Source: Octopus sinensis
Taxonomy: Eukaryota
NCBI RefSeq assembly: GCF_006345805.1
Contig: NC_043004.1
Coordinates: forward strand, 59,458,001 to 59,522,000
Reading direction: 5' to 3'
DNA: 64,000 bases
Shown here: piece after piece, positions 46,060 to 58,755 of the stretch
How positions within the stretch are numbered: position 1 is the first letter of the stretch
Layout: every line of letters begins with the position of its first letter
Translations under genes and position numbers: made by a program
The notes under the pieces: generated by a model
Seen by the model: the letters and a program-made list of their open reading frames with translations, nothing else
Databases searched by the model: none
Told to the model about the DNA's origin: nothing

Positions 46060-46330
46060 GTTTTGCTTGCTTGCTGATTCATGATGTTGCTTAATGAGGC
46101 TGGGGTTAGCCCGGATTGGTGGCCCTGGAGATGTCACCATTCGTACAGCCAACCAGGACCACTAGTTCTCTCCTTTGATAGCGGTCCCGTGGCAGCCCCT
46201 CTGCATCCTGTTAGGTGACGTTGAGCCCAATCACACCCAGCCATCTGATGCGGGGTCTGACACGAGGCCTCTTCCAATCTAAAGCTGCTGTATCTTCCTA
46301 CCAGGGCCTTTCTCTCATTCGCCTCAACAT
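46060..46330 (-). mobile_element. RTE-type LINE 3' fragment
   Basis: Manual translation DWKRPRVRPRIRWLGV..AEGLPRDRYQRRELVVLVGCT matches the RTE C-terminal WKRPRGRP..W..A.DR..WR pattern. Confidence 0.75.
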
Positions 46331-46596
46331 ACATATCTGTATGCATATATTGCTTTTACAATGTATCCATGAGGAAAATAATACAATGTGAATATGTTAC
46401 AGAATACGAAATACGCGAAAATTACACCATATATAAAAATGGGAAATTTCTTTGGGAAACAGACCAGAATTCTATCCACAGCTAAAGAAAAGTAATTCAG
46501 ATAGGAAGAAAGAGGTTTTAATTCTAAATTGTGTTTGTAATTCTCCCACATTATGTAAATGATGCATATATATATATATATAACATATATACATAC

Positions 46597-46673
<77 letters not shown>

Positions 46674-46961
46674 CTGTTCTCCGTTAAACTCCTATAACTT
46701 ACGTGTTATCCTTCTAATCAAGATAATAGAAATAGGTCAAATGAAGTATCTGAAGGACAGTTCTTTAAGCTTTTAAAACCACAAGATTTACCAAAGGTGA
46801 AAATTCGATGTATCAACAAATGAATTCCTCAATATCTCAGAAAGAAATAAACCATTAATATTGACACTATCATCAGCATCGTCGTCATCGTAGTCACAAC
46901 CACAAACAGCACCACTTCCACTTCCACAACCACCACCGCGTCATCATCATCATCAGCATCA

Positions 46962-47035
<74 letters not shown>

Positions 47036-47099
47036 GTTATTATTATTATTATTATTATTATTGTTATTGTTGTTGTTGTTGTTGTTGTTGTTATCATTA

Positions 47100-47143
<44 letters not shown>

Positions 47144-47697
47144 GAGTGAGAGAGCCGTGCATGCCATCAAAGTGACACTGGGGTAAAATACACGAAGCCC
47201 AATATACCCATCATGACTACCCGTCTGATAAGGGTACACTAGGCACATGCATCACAACCATATGTGCGCGACATGGTGATCTCATATCAAGATAAACAGC
47301 ACATGACCTTGCAGGTGGGGCCCAGTTAGAATTTTCTTCAGGTTCAGTAGCCCATCCCGCTCATAAGGTCCCTGAATAAGGATTGTTTAAGGATGTTGAA
47401 AGAACCACCCATGTTTCCAGAGGTGAACTATTCAAGCCCCAAAGAATCCCTCTCAACACATGGCTATGATGCTCCCCCACTACTTCTGCTTGTGATCAGA
47501 GATGCACGTATTATCAGCCACTAAGGGACATGCTCAACTGGTTAAGGTCAAACAACTGACAAGCAAATCTGTGGTATTGAGCAGAATATTTGCTGTAGCC
47601 CATCTTTTATACCAAGACAAAACAATGCACATGATAACACTTCCAATCAGTTAAGATCAGAAACTATGAAAGCCACTGCCTGGTACTGCATCAGGGC

Positions 47698-47698
<1 letters not shown>
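47144..47698 (-). mobile_element. ~550-bp (AAT)n-targeted element, full length
   Basis: 5' end TGCCCTGATGCAGTACCAGG, 3' end CTCTCTCACTC, (TTA)n on both sides. Confidence 0.92.
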
Positions 47699-47762
<64 letters not shown>

Positions 47763-48114
47763 GACACTTTCAGGCAAATGTCAGCTGTATCATCTGGTAC
47801 ACCTCTATGTTACTGAAACGTGTGCAACATTGCATGTTCTTGTTTTTGTTGCTTTTAAGAGAACGCGGACTCTTCCTGTTGCATCAGTTTATTTCATTGT
47901 GAGGTTTTGGATAGATTATTTTGAGGCTTTGATGTTGTTGCTATTGACTTTGTGTAAGTATAATGCAAGATGTCTTATTATGTTGGATATTCATGTAGAG
48001 TACCAGTTGTGGGGTCTGTTTATGCAATTAGATGCTTAGTGTATACAATGTGTCGTGTGTGGTAATTGTATTATAGGATTGATACTGTAGTGCGTTGGGC
48101 GTGACTTATTCGTA

Positions 48115-48372
48115 ATAAAAAAAATGCGCCGTTTCAAAGCCTAGCCTGGCTCATGGGCCCAGATTCCCGGTTTTAATGGCGCATGTGTAACCCAGCTGGA
48201 CGGGACGCCAGTCCATCGCAGCGTTACTCATTTTTGCCAGCTGAGTGGACTGGAGCAACGTGAAATGAAGTGTTTTGCTCAAGAACACAACGCGTCGCCC
48301 GGTCCAGGAATCCAAACCACAATTTTACGATCATGATGCTGACACCCTAACCACCAAGCCACGCGCCTCCAC
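48115..48372 (-). mobile_element. tRNA-derived CORE-like SINE (family D) with TSD
   Basis: Head GTGGAGGCGCGTGGCTTGGTGGTTAGGG; core CTTGAGCAAAACACTTCATTTCACGTTGCTCCAGTCCACTCAGCTGGCAAAAATGAG; TSD GACTTATT(C/T)GTA at 48103-48114 and 48373-48384. Confidence 0.88.
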
Positions 48373-48429
48373 GACTTATTTGTAGTAAGGATATTTTTAT
48401 GATAGCGTACTATTGTGAGTCAAGTTATG

Positions 48430-49330
48430 GTCTCTACTTATACGTGAATATATCATACTGAATGCTCGAGTTATTAATGGTTGTTCTCTTTCCAATCAAG
48501 AGAGTTTGTTTTGACAGTCTCTCCACTTCTGTTTGGGCACTAGTTTGGTATATTTTGGTCAGAAGTTTGTAATATCTATGAATAAGCATATATTTACCCT
48601 ATGAATAAGCATATATATAGTCCTTGATTATTATGTCTGGGCGATACACTTTGATTCCTTGTTGCTCTGAACATGCATATCCCAGATGATTGTGACCCAG
48701 CAGTTGTTAAGCATCTTGCTTGGAACATGTTTATACGTTTATACGATTTCTTGCTTTTCTTTATGTTGTGGCGGCGGCAATTTGAGCAGTGGATATCACT
48801 GCTTTCTCGGTTATGTCTGTTTATGTATTCAGATTCGGCCGGAATCATCCAACCAAAGAAGATGGGCACAACTGTCTCGTCCTGTCTCGACATTTAATGT
48901 CATGACCTGTTTTCCTTATTTTACATTTATAGTTGTTTGTAATTAGGTATTAGCTTGTGCTGCGATAATCAGTACTTCCGATTAGTCGCGAACTTTTGCA
49001 CCATTGTTGGCCATTACCTAAGCTTACGTTTCTTTAGTCAAACCTTGCAAATATTGCGTTTAGAAGGATTTTTCTCTACATTTCTTTTTTGGTATGTTTT
49101 GCAGTTCTGTGTTTATATTGCATTTAATTTCTTTATTAATTTCTGTTGTGTTTTTATCTGAGTTCTGTGTTTCAATGTAGTTTGATTCTGTTTTGTATTT
49201 TATCACCTCCTTGTGAATTCAGAGAAGCATTTTAATATTTTTCGTGTAGTTTTATTACAAGTTGTTGTCAACCACTTTTTGTTTCTAAGTATGCTTCCAG
49301 TATATTTATCTAGTTGTTGTTGTAGCTGTT
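48430..49330 (-). mobile_element. Decayed Penelope-like GIY-YIG endonuclease region
   Basis: Remnants HNRESSDIHCSNCRRHNIKKSKKSYKRIN (cf. NCxSxxVIYxIxCxxCxxxYIGxT..RxN) and a terminal IYQTS..ERLSKQTLLI..IN. Confidence 0.42.
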
Positions 49331-50386
49331 CTTTTTGTTACTATCATTATTAATTATATTACTTTTAATTATTTCTTCGTTTATTAGTATTCAGTTGCTG
49401 ATAATGATTCGGAAGCCAAAATAAACTTGTCAATTCCGTGAGTCATCTGCGGAAGGAAGTGGCTGGCTGTCTTCTCCGTGATAGTAACAGTGCAGATAAA
49501 GAAGTGTGCAGCAGCAAAAGGATTCCAAATTATTGCAGTAATGATTGCAATAATGTGAGCATTAAAATTTGCAGCATAAAGTCGAAACGCATACATGCAT
49601 TTTTAGTAAATCTCTCTCCTATTTATGCATTTCCCATGCATCAAAATGGCTGTTCATTATTAGGTATGTTGCTAATTGTAAAGGTTTATGGACAGTTGCT
49701 TTACATTTTCATGCAATGTATTTTCTCTCGATGACATTAATCTGCCCAGTAAATGCTGTGATTTATAATCCTCTCTGAAAATAGAAATAAAACCTTTATT
49801 TGGTTCACGTTCTTCTCATATTTGTCATTACCTATACGTTTCCATCGTATAATGACGTCATAAACCTAATTACTAACATCTGTTTGGCAGTATAATTCTA
49901 TACCTTTGATGTTTATTTCTACAGCTTTCTGTTCCAAATATTCTGAGGATTACAGCTAGCCGCAAGATATATCGGTATTAGAGACTAACACTAAATACAG
50001 AGGTAACTTACTAAACATTTGACTGATTATGTCACTGAAAGCGAAAATTGTATTTAAATATTTATTTTATACTGAAGACAAATTCAAGAATTAATGATGT
50101 ATCTTTATAGGTAAGTGATAATTTTAAAAAGATTATTAAATTAAATGAATCGAGTAAATATTTTCAGTTTCAGAAAAAATTAATTAGTACTTATTAGTTC
50201 ATTTAATAAAATTTTATCATGTCTAGACACTTCCTCTTCTCTCTGATCCATATGGGAATAAATGTATAAGGTGGTTATTTTTCATGTCAAAAATTTATAA
50301 TACTATAATCATACGATCGGACTGAGCTAAATTTGGTCTCTAGAGACCTTCCTGTCTCTACGTCTCTTTCTTTGTCTGTTTGTCTG

Positions 50387-50484
<98 letters not shown>

Positions 50485-50863
50485 ACTCTCTCTCTCTCTC
50501 TATCTCTATCTCTTAGTCTGCTTATTTACCACCTATCTATTTTTCTGCCAATATATATCTTGTCTTTATCTACCTGCCAATCCACAACTTCAATTGAAGA
50601 AACAATATATTCAACTAAAGATATGTTTATATATGTTCTAATATTTTTAATCGGTATGAGTTAAAAAGTCATTCAACAGCCAAGAGTTTCTGGTATAGCA
50701 TTTATCATACACGATACTGCTCGCGCTTGAATTGCTTTGTAACTTCTGCCGTGTAGAATTAATAAAATATCTTTCTATCTGAGCCATAATAAATAAAAGC
50801 ATTAACAGTATATTATGATCCTGTCACAGTATGAGAATGACTTGCACGCAAAGAAAAGTATTC

Positions 50864-51159
50864 CAGGTTTATATTTAAGAGATGAGGAATTTACATTATT
50901 TACATTTGACAGATATTTGTCCTCATATTTTTGTTGTTAACACAACGTTTCGGCTAATATACCCTCCAGCCTTCACCAGGTGTCTTGGGAAAATTTCAAA
51001 CCTGGGTTCTCATTCCTAAGGTATTTTTCGATGTTGATGTTGTTGTTGTTGGTGTTTCTATAGCTTTTTTAGAGAAATCTTGTCATCTACTGGTACTACT
51101 ACATCAATTAGAAAGCATTCTTCTTCTTCTTCGTCTTCTTCTTCTTATTATTATTATTA

Positions 51160-51238
<79 letters not shown>

Positions 51239-51338
51239 CAGGTCACTGCTTGTAATCGAACCGGAATCTTGGGGTTAGTAGCCCGCGCTCTTAACCACTA
51301 CGCCATATGCCCGTGACCTGAATAATAATAATAACAAC

Positions 51339-51410
<72 letters not shown>

Positions 51411-51557
51411 AGCAACAACATCGAAAAATACCTTAGGAATGAGAACCAAGGTTCGAAATTTCCCCACGACACCTGATGAATGCTGGGGGCTATGTCAGCC
51501 GAAAGGTTGTGTTAACACCAAAAAAGATGAGGACAACTCATCAAATATAAATAATGT
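50864..51557. mobile_element. Head-to-head pair of the tRNA-head/HHR-tail SINE: full copy on - (50864-51312) plus inverted partial copy on + (51313-51557)
   Basis: tRNA-like head at 51238-51312 (-); HHR motifs at 50939-50984 (-) and 51468-51513 (+); TSD AAGAAAAGTATTC at 50851-50863 and 51558-51570. Confidence 0.85.
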
Positions 51558-51565
51558 AAGAAAAG

Positions 51566-52310
51566 TATTCTTTACTACCCTAAGCACAAGGTCCGAAATT
51601 TGGGGTGGGTGAGCAGGGGGCCAGTCGATTAGATCGAAACCAGTACACAACTAGTAGCTAATTTATCGACTCCGAAGGGATGAAAGCAAAGTCGACCTCA
51701 GCGGAATTTGAACTCAGAACGTAAAGACAGACGAACTACCTATTTATTTACTATCCACAAGGATCTAAACACAGAGAGGACAAACAAGGACAGACAAACG
51801 GATTTAGTCGATTATATCGACCCCACTGCGTAACTGGTACTTATTTAATCGACCCCGAAAGGATGAAAGGCAAAGTCGACCTCAGTGGAATTTGAACTCA
51901 GAACGTAGCGGCAGACGAATTACCGATAAGCATTTCACCAGGCGTGCTAACGTTTCGTATTTCTTTTTTGCACACAAGGGGCTAACCATAAAGGGGACAA
52001 ACAAGGAGAGACAAACGGATTAAGTAGATTATATCGACCCCAGCGTGGAACTGGTACATAATTTATCGACCCCGAAAAGATGAAAGGCAAAGTCGACCTC
52101 GGCGTAATTTGAACTCAGAACGTAGCGGCAGACGAAATACCTATTTCTTTACTACCCATAAGGGGCTAAACACAGAGGGGACAAACAAGGACAGACAAAC
52201 GGATTAAGTCGATTATATCGACCCAAGTGCGACTCAGAACGTAGTGGCAGACGATATACCGCTAAGCACTTCGTTCGGCGTGCTAACGTTTCAGGCAGCT
52301 CCCCACCTTT
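51566..52310 (-). mobile_element. Array of four nested/tandem SINE family B copies
   Basis: ACTCAGAACGTA..CAGACGA occurs four times (~51712, 51896, 52113, 52232); units ~51566-51740, 51741-51956, 51957-52141, 52142-52310. Confidence 0.9.
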
Positions 52311-52809
52311 AGATGCACTAATATTAAGTAATTAAATTCCTAGGATGGCATATCTGAAAAGATAGATTGATAGAAAATTTGTGGACCTAATCGGCAGCAG
52401 TGGAAAAAATATAAAGTGTTTGTCTTGTAAGTATATGAGGACGATTGGAAGGAAATCCTACAGATATAACTTCAAAACGAAAGTAAAAGTAAATAAATGA
52501 CTAACACAATATTTTGCAAATATAATGAGCTAAAACGTGACTACGACATATTTTTAGAAATTTCTGTCGACTAGGAATCATCAATAATTCTGGACTGAAA
52601 GAGGCTCACCCATCTTAAATTATATCGAATGTTGGGTTCTGTTGTAGAAAACAAACTTGATGTCTTCAGCACTCTGGGGCTTAAACTAACACAAAAAGAA
52701 AACAAGTTACAAAAGGAATTATTATTAGAATGGAAATTTCGGACAACTGATGCACCCACAGGTGCAGGTACAGCTGGAGGTGGTGGTGTAACTACTTCTA
52801 TTACTACTA

Positions 52810-52866
<57 letters not shown>

Positions 52867-53196
52867 CACTACTACTACTACTAGTAGTAGTATACAAAAT
52901 GGCTGACGGTATACATTTTGTATACAAAATGGCTGACGGTTAGTAAGGAGAGACACAAGTAAGTGAGAAGAAAACAAAGGACCACTGATGCGGTCACAGG
53001 AGTGTGACGAAAGAACTTTGGCCGAAATAAGATTAAGATTAATGTAAAAAATAATATCACTGAAGCAAATAACACCAATATATAGTGCGTGTGCTTTTAT
53101 TGGCTAAAACTGGCAATATGACCATTCCGAAATATACAATATCTGTTTTTCAACACCGACTTCACATAAAAAATCTTGCACAACAAATATTTAAAC

Positions 53197-53245
<49 letters not shown>

Positions 53246-53247
<2 letters not shown>

Positions 53248-54129
53248 AATTTAAAATTAAGGATTTTATAAGAAATTATCAGTAGTTAGCGTGAAAAACC
53301 TCGTAAGAGAAAAAAATCTGTAAATTTTTCCACTTTGAAAATATTTATTTATATTATATAGAGGGTACTATTATTCATAGGTAGCGCACGCTAGGAGGGA
53401 CTTTTGCAGTCAAAACTACTAAAATAAACAAATTGCACTGAATGCAAAACTTCAAAGCAAGTCATTTAAAAGCGGAATTTAGTTACATATCACCTGTGAT
53501 TTCGCAATCAATGCAGAATATGCATTCTATGCTCTTCAGTGCAACGAACTCAAGACATATAAGAAAAAACACAACATCACAAACCCGACAGCCAACCGTA
53601 GAATTCGCCTAGCGTGCGGTACCTATGAATAATATAGTACCCTCTATATAATATAAATAAATATTTTCAAATTGGAAAAATTTACAGTTGTTTTTTCTTA
53701 CGAGGTTTTTCACGCTAACTACTGATAATTTCTTATAAAGATTTTATCCTTAATTTTAAATTTATATTTTTCACCGGAATTGTTCAATACTGAATTTTTG
53801 TTCCGAGTAGGCAAGTTGGTACCGAAATGCATTGCGAATAAGTCCGCCATTTTCATAGATATGTAAAGATAAACATTCGTACATGGTGCGGCGAATTCTA
53901 CGGTTGACTGTCGGGTTTGTAATGTTGTGTTTTATCTTGAGTTCGTTGCGCTGAAGAGCATAGAATGCATATTCTGCATTGATTTCGAAATCACAGGTGA
54001 GATGTAACTACATTCCGTTTTTAAATGACTTGCTTTGAAGTTTTTCATTCGGTACAATTTGTTTATTTTAGTAGTTTTGACTGCAAAAGTCCCTCCTAGC
54101 GTGCGGTACCTATGAATAATAGTACCCTC

Positions 54130-54137
<8 letters not shown>
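53246..54137. mobile_element. HHR-containing repeat: ~487-bp monomer with terminal direct repeat (53608-54137, +) preceded by an inverted partial copy (53246-53609, -)
   Basis: CCTAGCGTGCGGTACCTATGAATAAT at 53608 and 54095; 53246-53609 is the reverse complement of parts of the monomer; flanked by (TA)n. Confidence 0.85.
53482..53545 (-). ncRNA. Type I hammerhead ribozyme, intact core
   Basis: GUUGCA-CUGAAGA-GCA..UGC-GAAA-UCAC(AG)GUGA-UA^-UGUAAC; the + strand copy at 53945-54008 has lost U16.1 and one stem II pair. Confidence 0.8.
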
Positions 54138-54168
<31 letters not shown>

Positions 54169-55720
54169 TATGTATATGTATATATATATATATATATATA
54201 TGTATATGTATATGTATATATGTATATATATATATATACACATAACCATACACATATCTATCTAGTAGCTATGTGTATATACATATATATAGAAATTGAT
54301 ATGCGTGTGTGTGTGCGTGTTTGTATGCATATACATAGTTACTTATTTACATACATAGAAGAGGAGGTAAAGGAAGAAGAGATTAAGACCGAGCGTAAGA
54401 AGAGAACTTTCTTCCATGGGGAAAGGAAGTTCGTGGAAACTATTACTGTTTATGAGTTTCAATAATGTCTTTACAATAATCTATTGCCATATCTCGGTTC
54501 ACTTATCGCGCACACAGTACATGGATATATGTAAATTTATATTGCGTACTCCCCAGTACAGTGCGGCCGATAGGCAGTTTATATTGTTTTAGACTTTAAT
54601 CATTTCTACGGTTCATGTGTAAGTATGTTAGGTTTTCCATATATCGTCTTATTGCTTCTGTCATTTTATATATATTTGAGCATTCTTTTAGTTTGTGCGT
54701 ATGTGCATTTGTGTGTTCATGTGCATAAACTATAAATAACTGGTCTTAATTTTTATATGTATTTGACGTTATATATCTGTATATATATGTGAGTTCTGCC
54801 CACTCTCGTGGCTTTCTTTATCGTCAGAAATTGCGACAATTGTTTGTATTATGCTGGTATGAAAATCACAATAATTCTTAATTTTGAAGGTTTCGAAATG
54901 CGAACTTGTTTACAGTGTTTTGAAGTACGACGTCCTGCGTCTAAAAGTACTCAAATTGAAGCATTTTAACGCGATTGTTCGTAATTTGTTCTAAAATTAA
55001 CTAAAGCACAACGAATTATAAGTTTTACTGTGGCAGAGTTTACATTAAGTTTTATCTAAAAGCAGATGCATCTCCTTCATCCATCTTTGGTGAATGTAGC
55101 GTGGACCAGGAAGAAATGATACCTACAGATACTGATCAGCTACCATTATACCTCTTGATAGTGAACTGTAGTACATATCTACTTCTTACTTGATAGTGAT
55201 AACCAATCCATTACTAATCTTTCTTGTAATTTAACCCTTATTTTTTCTGCAAACCAACAGTCCTTTTTCTGTCTCTGTCTCTTCCGTTCTGTGCACAGCT
55301 GCCATTTATACGCTTTTATTCTATTAGCTAAAGCATTCACACTTCAATCTGTGTAATGGGTCCTCTGCCGCCTCCCTAATATGAAAATATCTACTCCCCG
55401 CAGACCTAAAATGTTTTGGCCCTTGGATCTATTTCAGTTAATATCTTCATTTTATCCGACCATCCACGGGATTTTAAATTTGATCAAGATTATATTCTAT
55501 GCCTTTAAAAAACTACTAAACCACAGGGTTTTCTGGACGACCAGATGCGGTTGCCCGACTATTGCTTTTCTAACTGGTCTCTCTACATATTATTTACCTT
55601 CTTGTATTAAAACTACTTGTACTTCATGCTGTAGCATATAGCTAGAGTGACAGACAGACACATATATGAATAGATACGTGCATATATATATATATATATA
55701 TAATATATATATATATATAT

Positions 55721-55778
<58 letters not shown>

Positions 55779-55827
55779 ATATATATATATATGTATATAA
55801 ATATATATATATTATGTATGATGTACG

Positions 55828-55899
<72 letters not shown>

Positions 55900-55904
<5 letters not shown>

Positions 55905-56067
55905 GTGAAATTTACAGAAAAAAGACAGGTGTATTAGTTTGACGCTCGGGAAAGTGAGAAAGTCTTTTACGTTGGGAGCCTTCGCTCTAAGAAGAATAGA
56001 ATAAAAGCAAATAAAAAGTGAGGGAATAAAAAAAAAACTTGTGGATTTAGCGATCATGCATGGCGAT
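55900..56067 (-). mobile_element. Third, decayed copy of the ~190-bp HHR-like repeat
   Basis: Reverse strand GAGCGAAGGCTCCCAACGTAAAAGACTTTCTCACTTTCCCGAGCGTCAAACTAATAC; core lost. Confidence 0.65.
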
Positions 56068-56595
56068 ATATATGTATATACGAAGAACTATGCATATATG
56101 AATATATACATATAGATATAAGTATATATGGAGGTATATATACATACCCAGAAGTACATACATATGACAGAGAACACCATCTAATTTTTTATAAATATAT
56201 GGTGAAAGTTATGGCATCTACTGAGCAGCACATGATTATTTCTTTTATGTGTATGTGTATATGTGTATATGTGTGCATCAGATTGTCAGGAAGTGTGTGT
56301 GAGTGTGTAACGTTTTTACATTAAATAAATTAATTTCAGTCTAATTGGATATTTTACCTAATCAGCGTGTACGATTTTCTGTTGCTCTTGATATATTGTT
56401 GTGTTACTTGTCATCTTTATGTGTACATGTATAGTTGCATGCAAACATACATACATACATACATGCCTGCTTACATGCATGCATTATGTACACTTATCTA
56501 TCTATCTATGTATGTGTCTACCTACACACAGACATAAACACGCACACACACACACGTATATATCATTCTCTCCCTATATCCCTAATATACATACA

Positions 56596-56640
<45 letters not shown>

Positions 56641-56801
56641 TATATTATATATATTATGTGTGTATGTATGTATGTATTTATGTGTCTGTGTATACATTTA
56701 TACATACATATAAAATACATGTATGAACATATATACATCCATAAGTATATGGACATGCTTCACTGTGTGTATATGTATCTATATGTATGTATGTATGTAT
56801 G

Positions 56802-56841
<40 letters not shown>

Positions 56842-56842
56842 A

Positions 56843-56893
<51 letters not shown>

Positions 56894-56906
56894 CATCCAT
56901 CCATCC

Positions 56907-56985
<79 letters not shown>

Positions 56986-57794
56986 CATCTATCTATCTAT
57001 CTATCTATCTATCGGTCTATCTATTTATATGTCTGTCTGTCAGTCTCTCTGTTTTTCTGTCTGTTTTCCTGTCTGTCTGCATGTGTGTAAAGAGAGAGAG
57101 AAGTAGAGAGAGAGATTGAAAGAGAAAAGGAGAGAAGGTTAGAGGATGGAGGAAAACGAAATCTTGACGAAAACGGATGTTATGCGAAAAACAAATAGAA
57201 AACAGGAAACTGCTGTAACCAGTGGCAATATTGCAGGGAAACAAACTAGCGTAATGCTTAAAGGTTTTTCAGTTAGCAACGGAAAGCTAATTGAGTTAGT
57301 GTAACAGTAGATCTGCTAAAATGGCGGACTGATTCAATAAAGTCGTATTGTGCAATTGTAGTAGTGTATATATTTCTGTGTCGATGGTGTCGGTGTAAGT
57401 TGTGGTACAGGTGGTGATGTTGATGCTGGAGTTGGAGTAGTGTGCAAGGTCTTAGTAATATTTTTCCTACTGGTTTTAAAGGAAGTAACTGAGTCAAGTT
57501 ATAATGGATATCTGCAAGGTTTCTGGATTTTGGCCACGTGATCACGGTAATATCTTTTGCATACGCATATTTTTCATTCTCCAACTTACTAAACATGACA
57601 ACTTGCTTGGTAAATCAGTTTGAAGTTCACAGGCGGAAATTACATGAAACCCTTTGAAATTACTACTGCTGCTGTTAATAAATGTATTGCTGAAACTACT
57701 ACTACTACTACTACTACTACTACTGCTGCTGCTGCCACTACTACTACAGCTACCGCCACCACCACCACTAATAATAATAATAATGATAATAATA

Positions 57795-57847
<53 letters not shown>

Positions 57848-57848
<1 letters not shown>

Positions 57849-58399
57849 CCTGAAGCAGTACCAGGCAGTGGCTCTCATGACTTCTGATCTGAACTGATTG
57901 GAAGTGTTATCATGTACATTGTTTTGCCTTGGTATAAAAGATGGGCTACAGTAAATATTCTGCTCAATACCAGAGACTTGCTTGTGAGTTGTTTGGCCTT
58001 AATCAGTTGAGTATGTCCCTTAGTGGCTGACGATATGTGCATCTCTGATCACGAGCAGAAGTAGTGGGGGAGCATCATAGCCATGTGTTGAGAAGGATTC
58101 TTTGGGGTTTGAATAAATCACCTCTGGGAACATGGGTGTTTTGTTCAACATCCTTAACCAACCCTTATCCAGGGACCTTTTGAGCAGGATGGGCTACTTG
58201 ACCAGAAGAAAATTCTAACTGGGCCCCACCTGCAAGGTCATGTTTTGTTTATCTTGATATGAGATCACCATGTCGCGCACACATGGTTGTAATGCATGTG
58301 CCTGGTGTACCTTTATCAGACGGGTAGTCATGATGGGTATACTGGGCTTCGTATATATACCCCAGTGTCACTTTGATGGCATGCACTGCCTTTTCACTC
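57848..58399 (+). mobile_element. ~550-bp (AAT)n-targeted element, full length
   Basis: Collinear with 45154-45700; (AAT)n flanks. Confidence 0.92.
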
Positions 58400-58444
58400 A
58401 ATAATAATAATAATAATTATAATAATAATTAACAATAATAATAA

Positions 58445-58755
58445 TATGGTTTAGTGATTAGAACATTCGGCTACGAATAGTGATTTCTATTCCCTTCGCG
58501 TCTCTGTTTTCCTTGAGCAAGACATTATATTTCATATTTTCCAGTCCACTCAGCTGGCAAAATATGAATAATACCTTTATTTGAAAGTGCCAGCCTTGTC
58601 TCACTTTGTGTCACGCTGAGTCACCACCGAGAACTACGTTAAGGATACATACACATGTCTGTGGAATGCTTAGTCACTTGCACGTTAATTTCAAGAGAAG
58701 TCCGTTCCGTTGATTGGATCAACTGGAACCCGCGTCGTCGTTACCGACGGAGTGA
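58445..58755 (+). mobile_element. CORE-like SINE related to family D but with a different 3' region
   Basis: CCTTGAGCAAGAC..TCCAGTCCACTCAGCTGGCAAAA shared with 48115-48372; the tail differs. Confidence 0.7.

Noticed and set aside
49390-49600. Possible hammerhead CUGAUAA...GUCGAAACGCAUA
   Set aside because: The core is mutated, stem I does not pair convincingly and the halves are ~180 nt apart.
51238-51312. tRNA gene (ACT anticodon-like loop); also the tRNA-like heads at 11664, 17366 and 48372
   Set aside because: The acceptor stem is poor and each is attached to a repeat body; these are SINE heads, not tRNA genes.
51566-52310. CRISPR-like array of repeated GTCGACCTC/GAACTCAGAACG words
   Set aside because: The intervening sequences are homologous to each other (SINE units); eukaryotic context, no cas genes.
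52629-52943. 104-aa ORF with a non-repetitive N-terminal half
   Set aside because: No recognisable domain; it runs into a (CTA)n repeat and has no supporting exon context.
55280-55620. Possible second Tx1-like remnant on - strand
   Set aside because: Similarity is limited to short ambiguous words and cannot be supported by eye.
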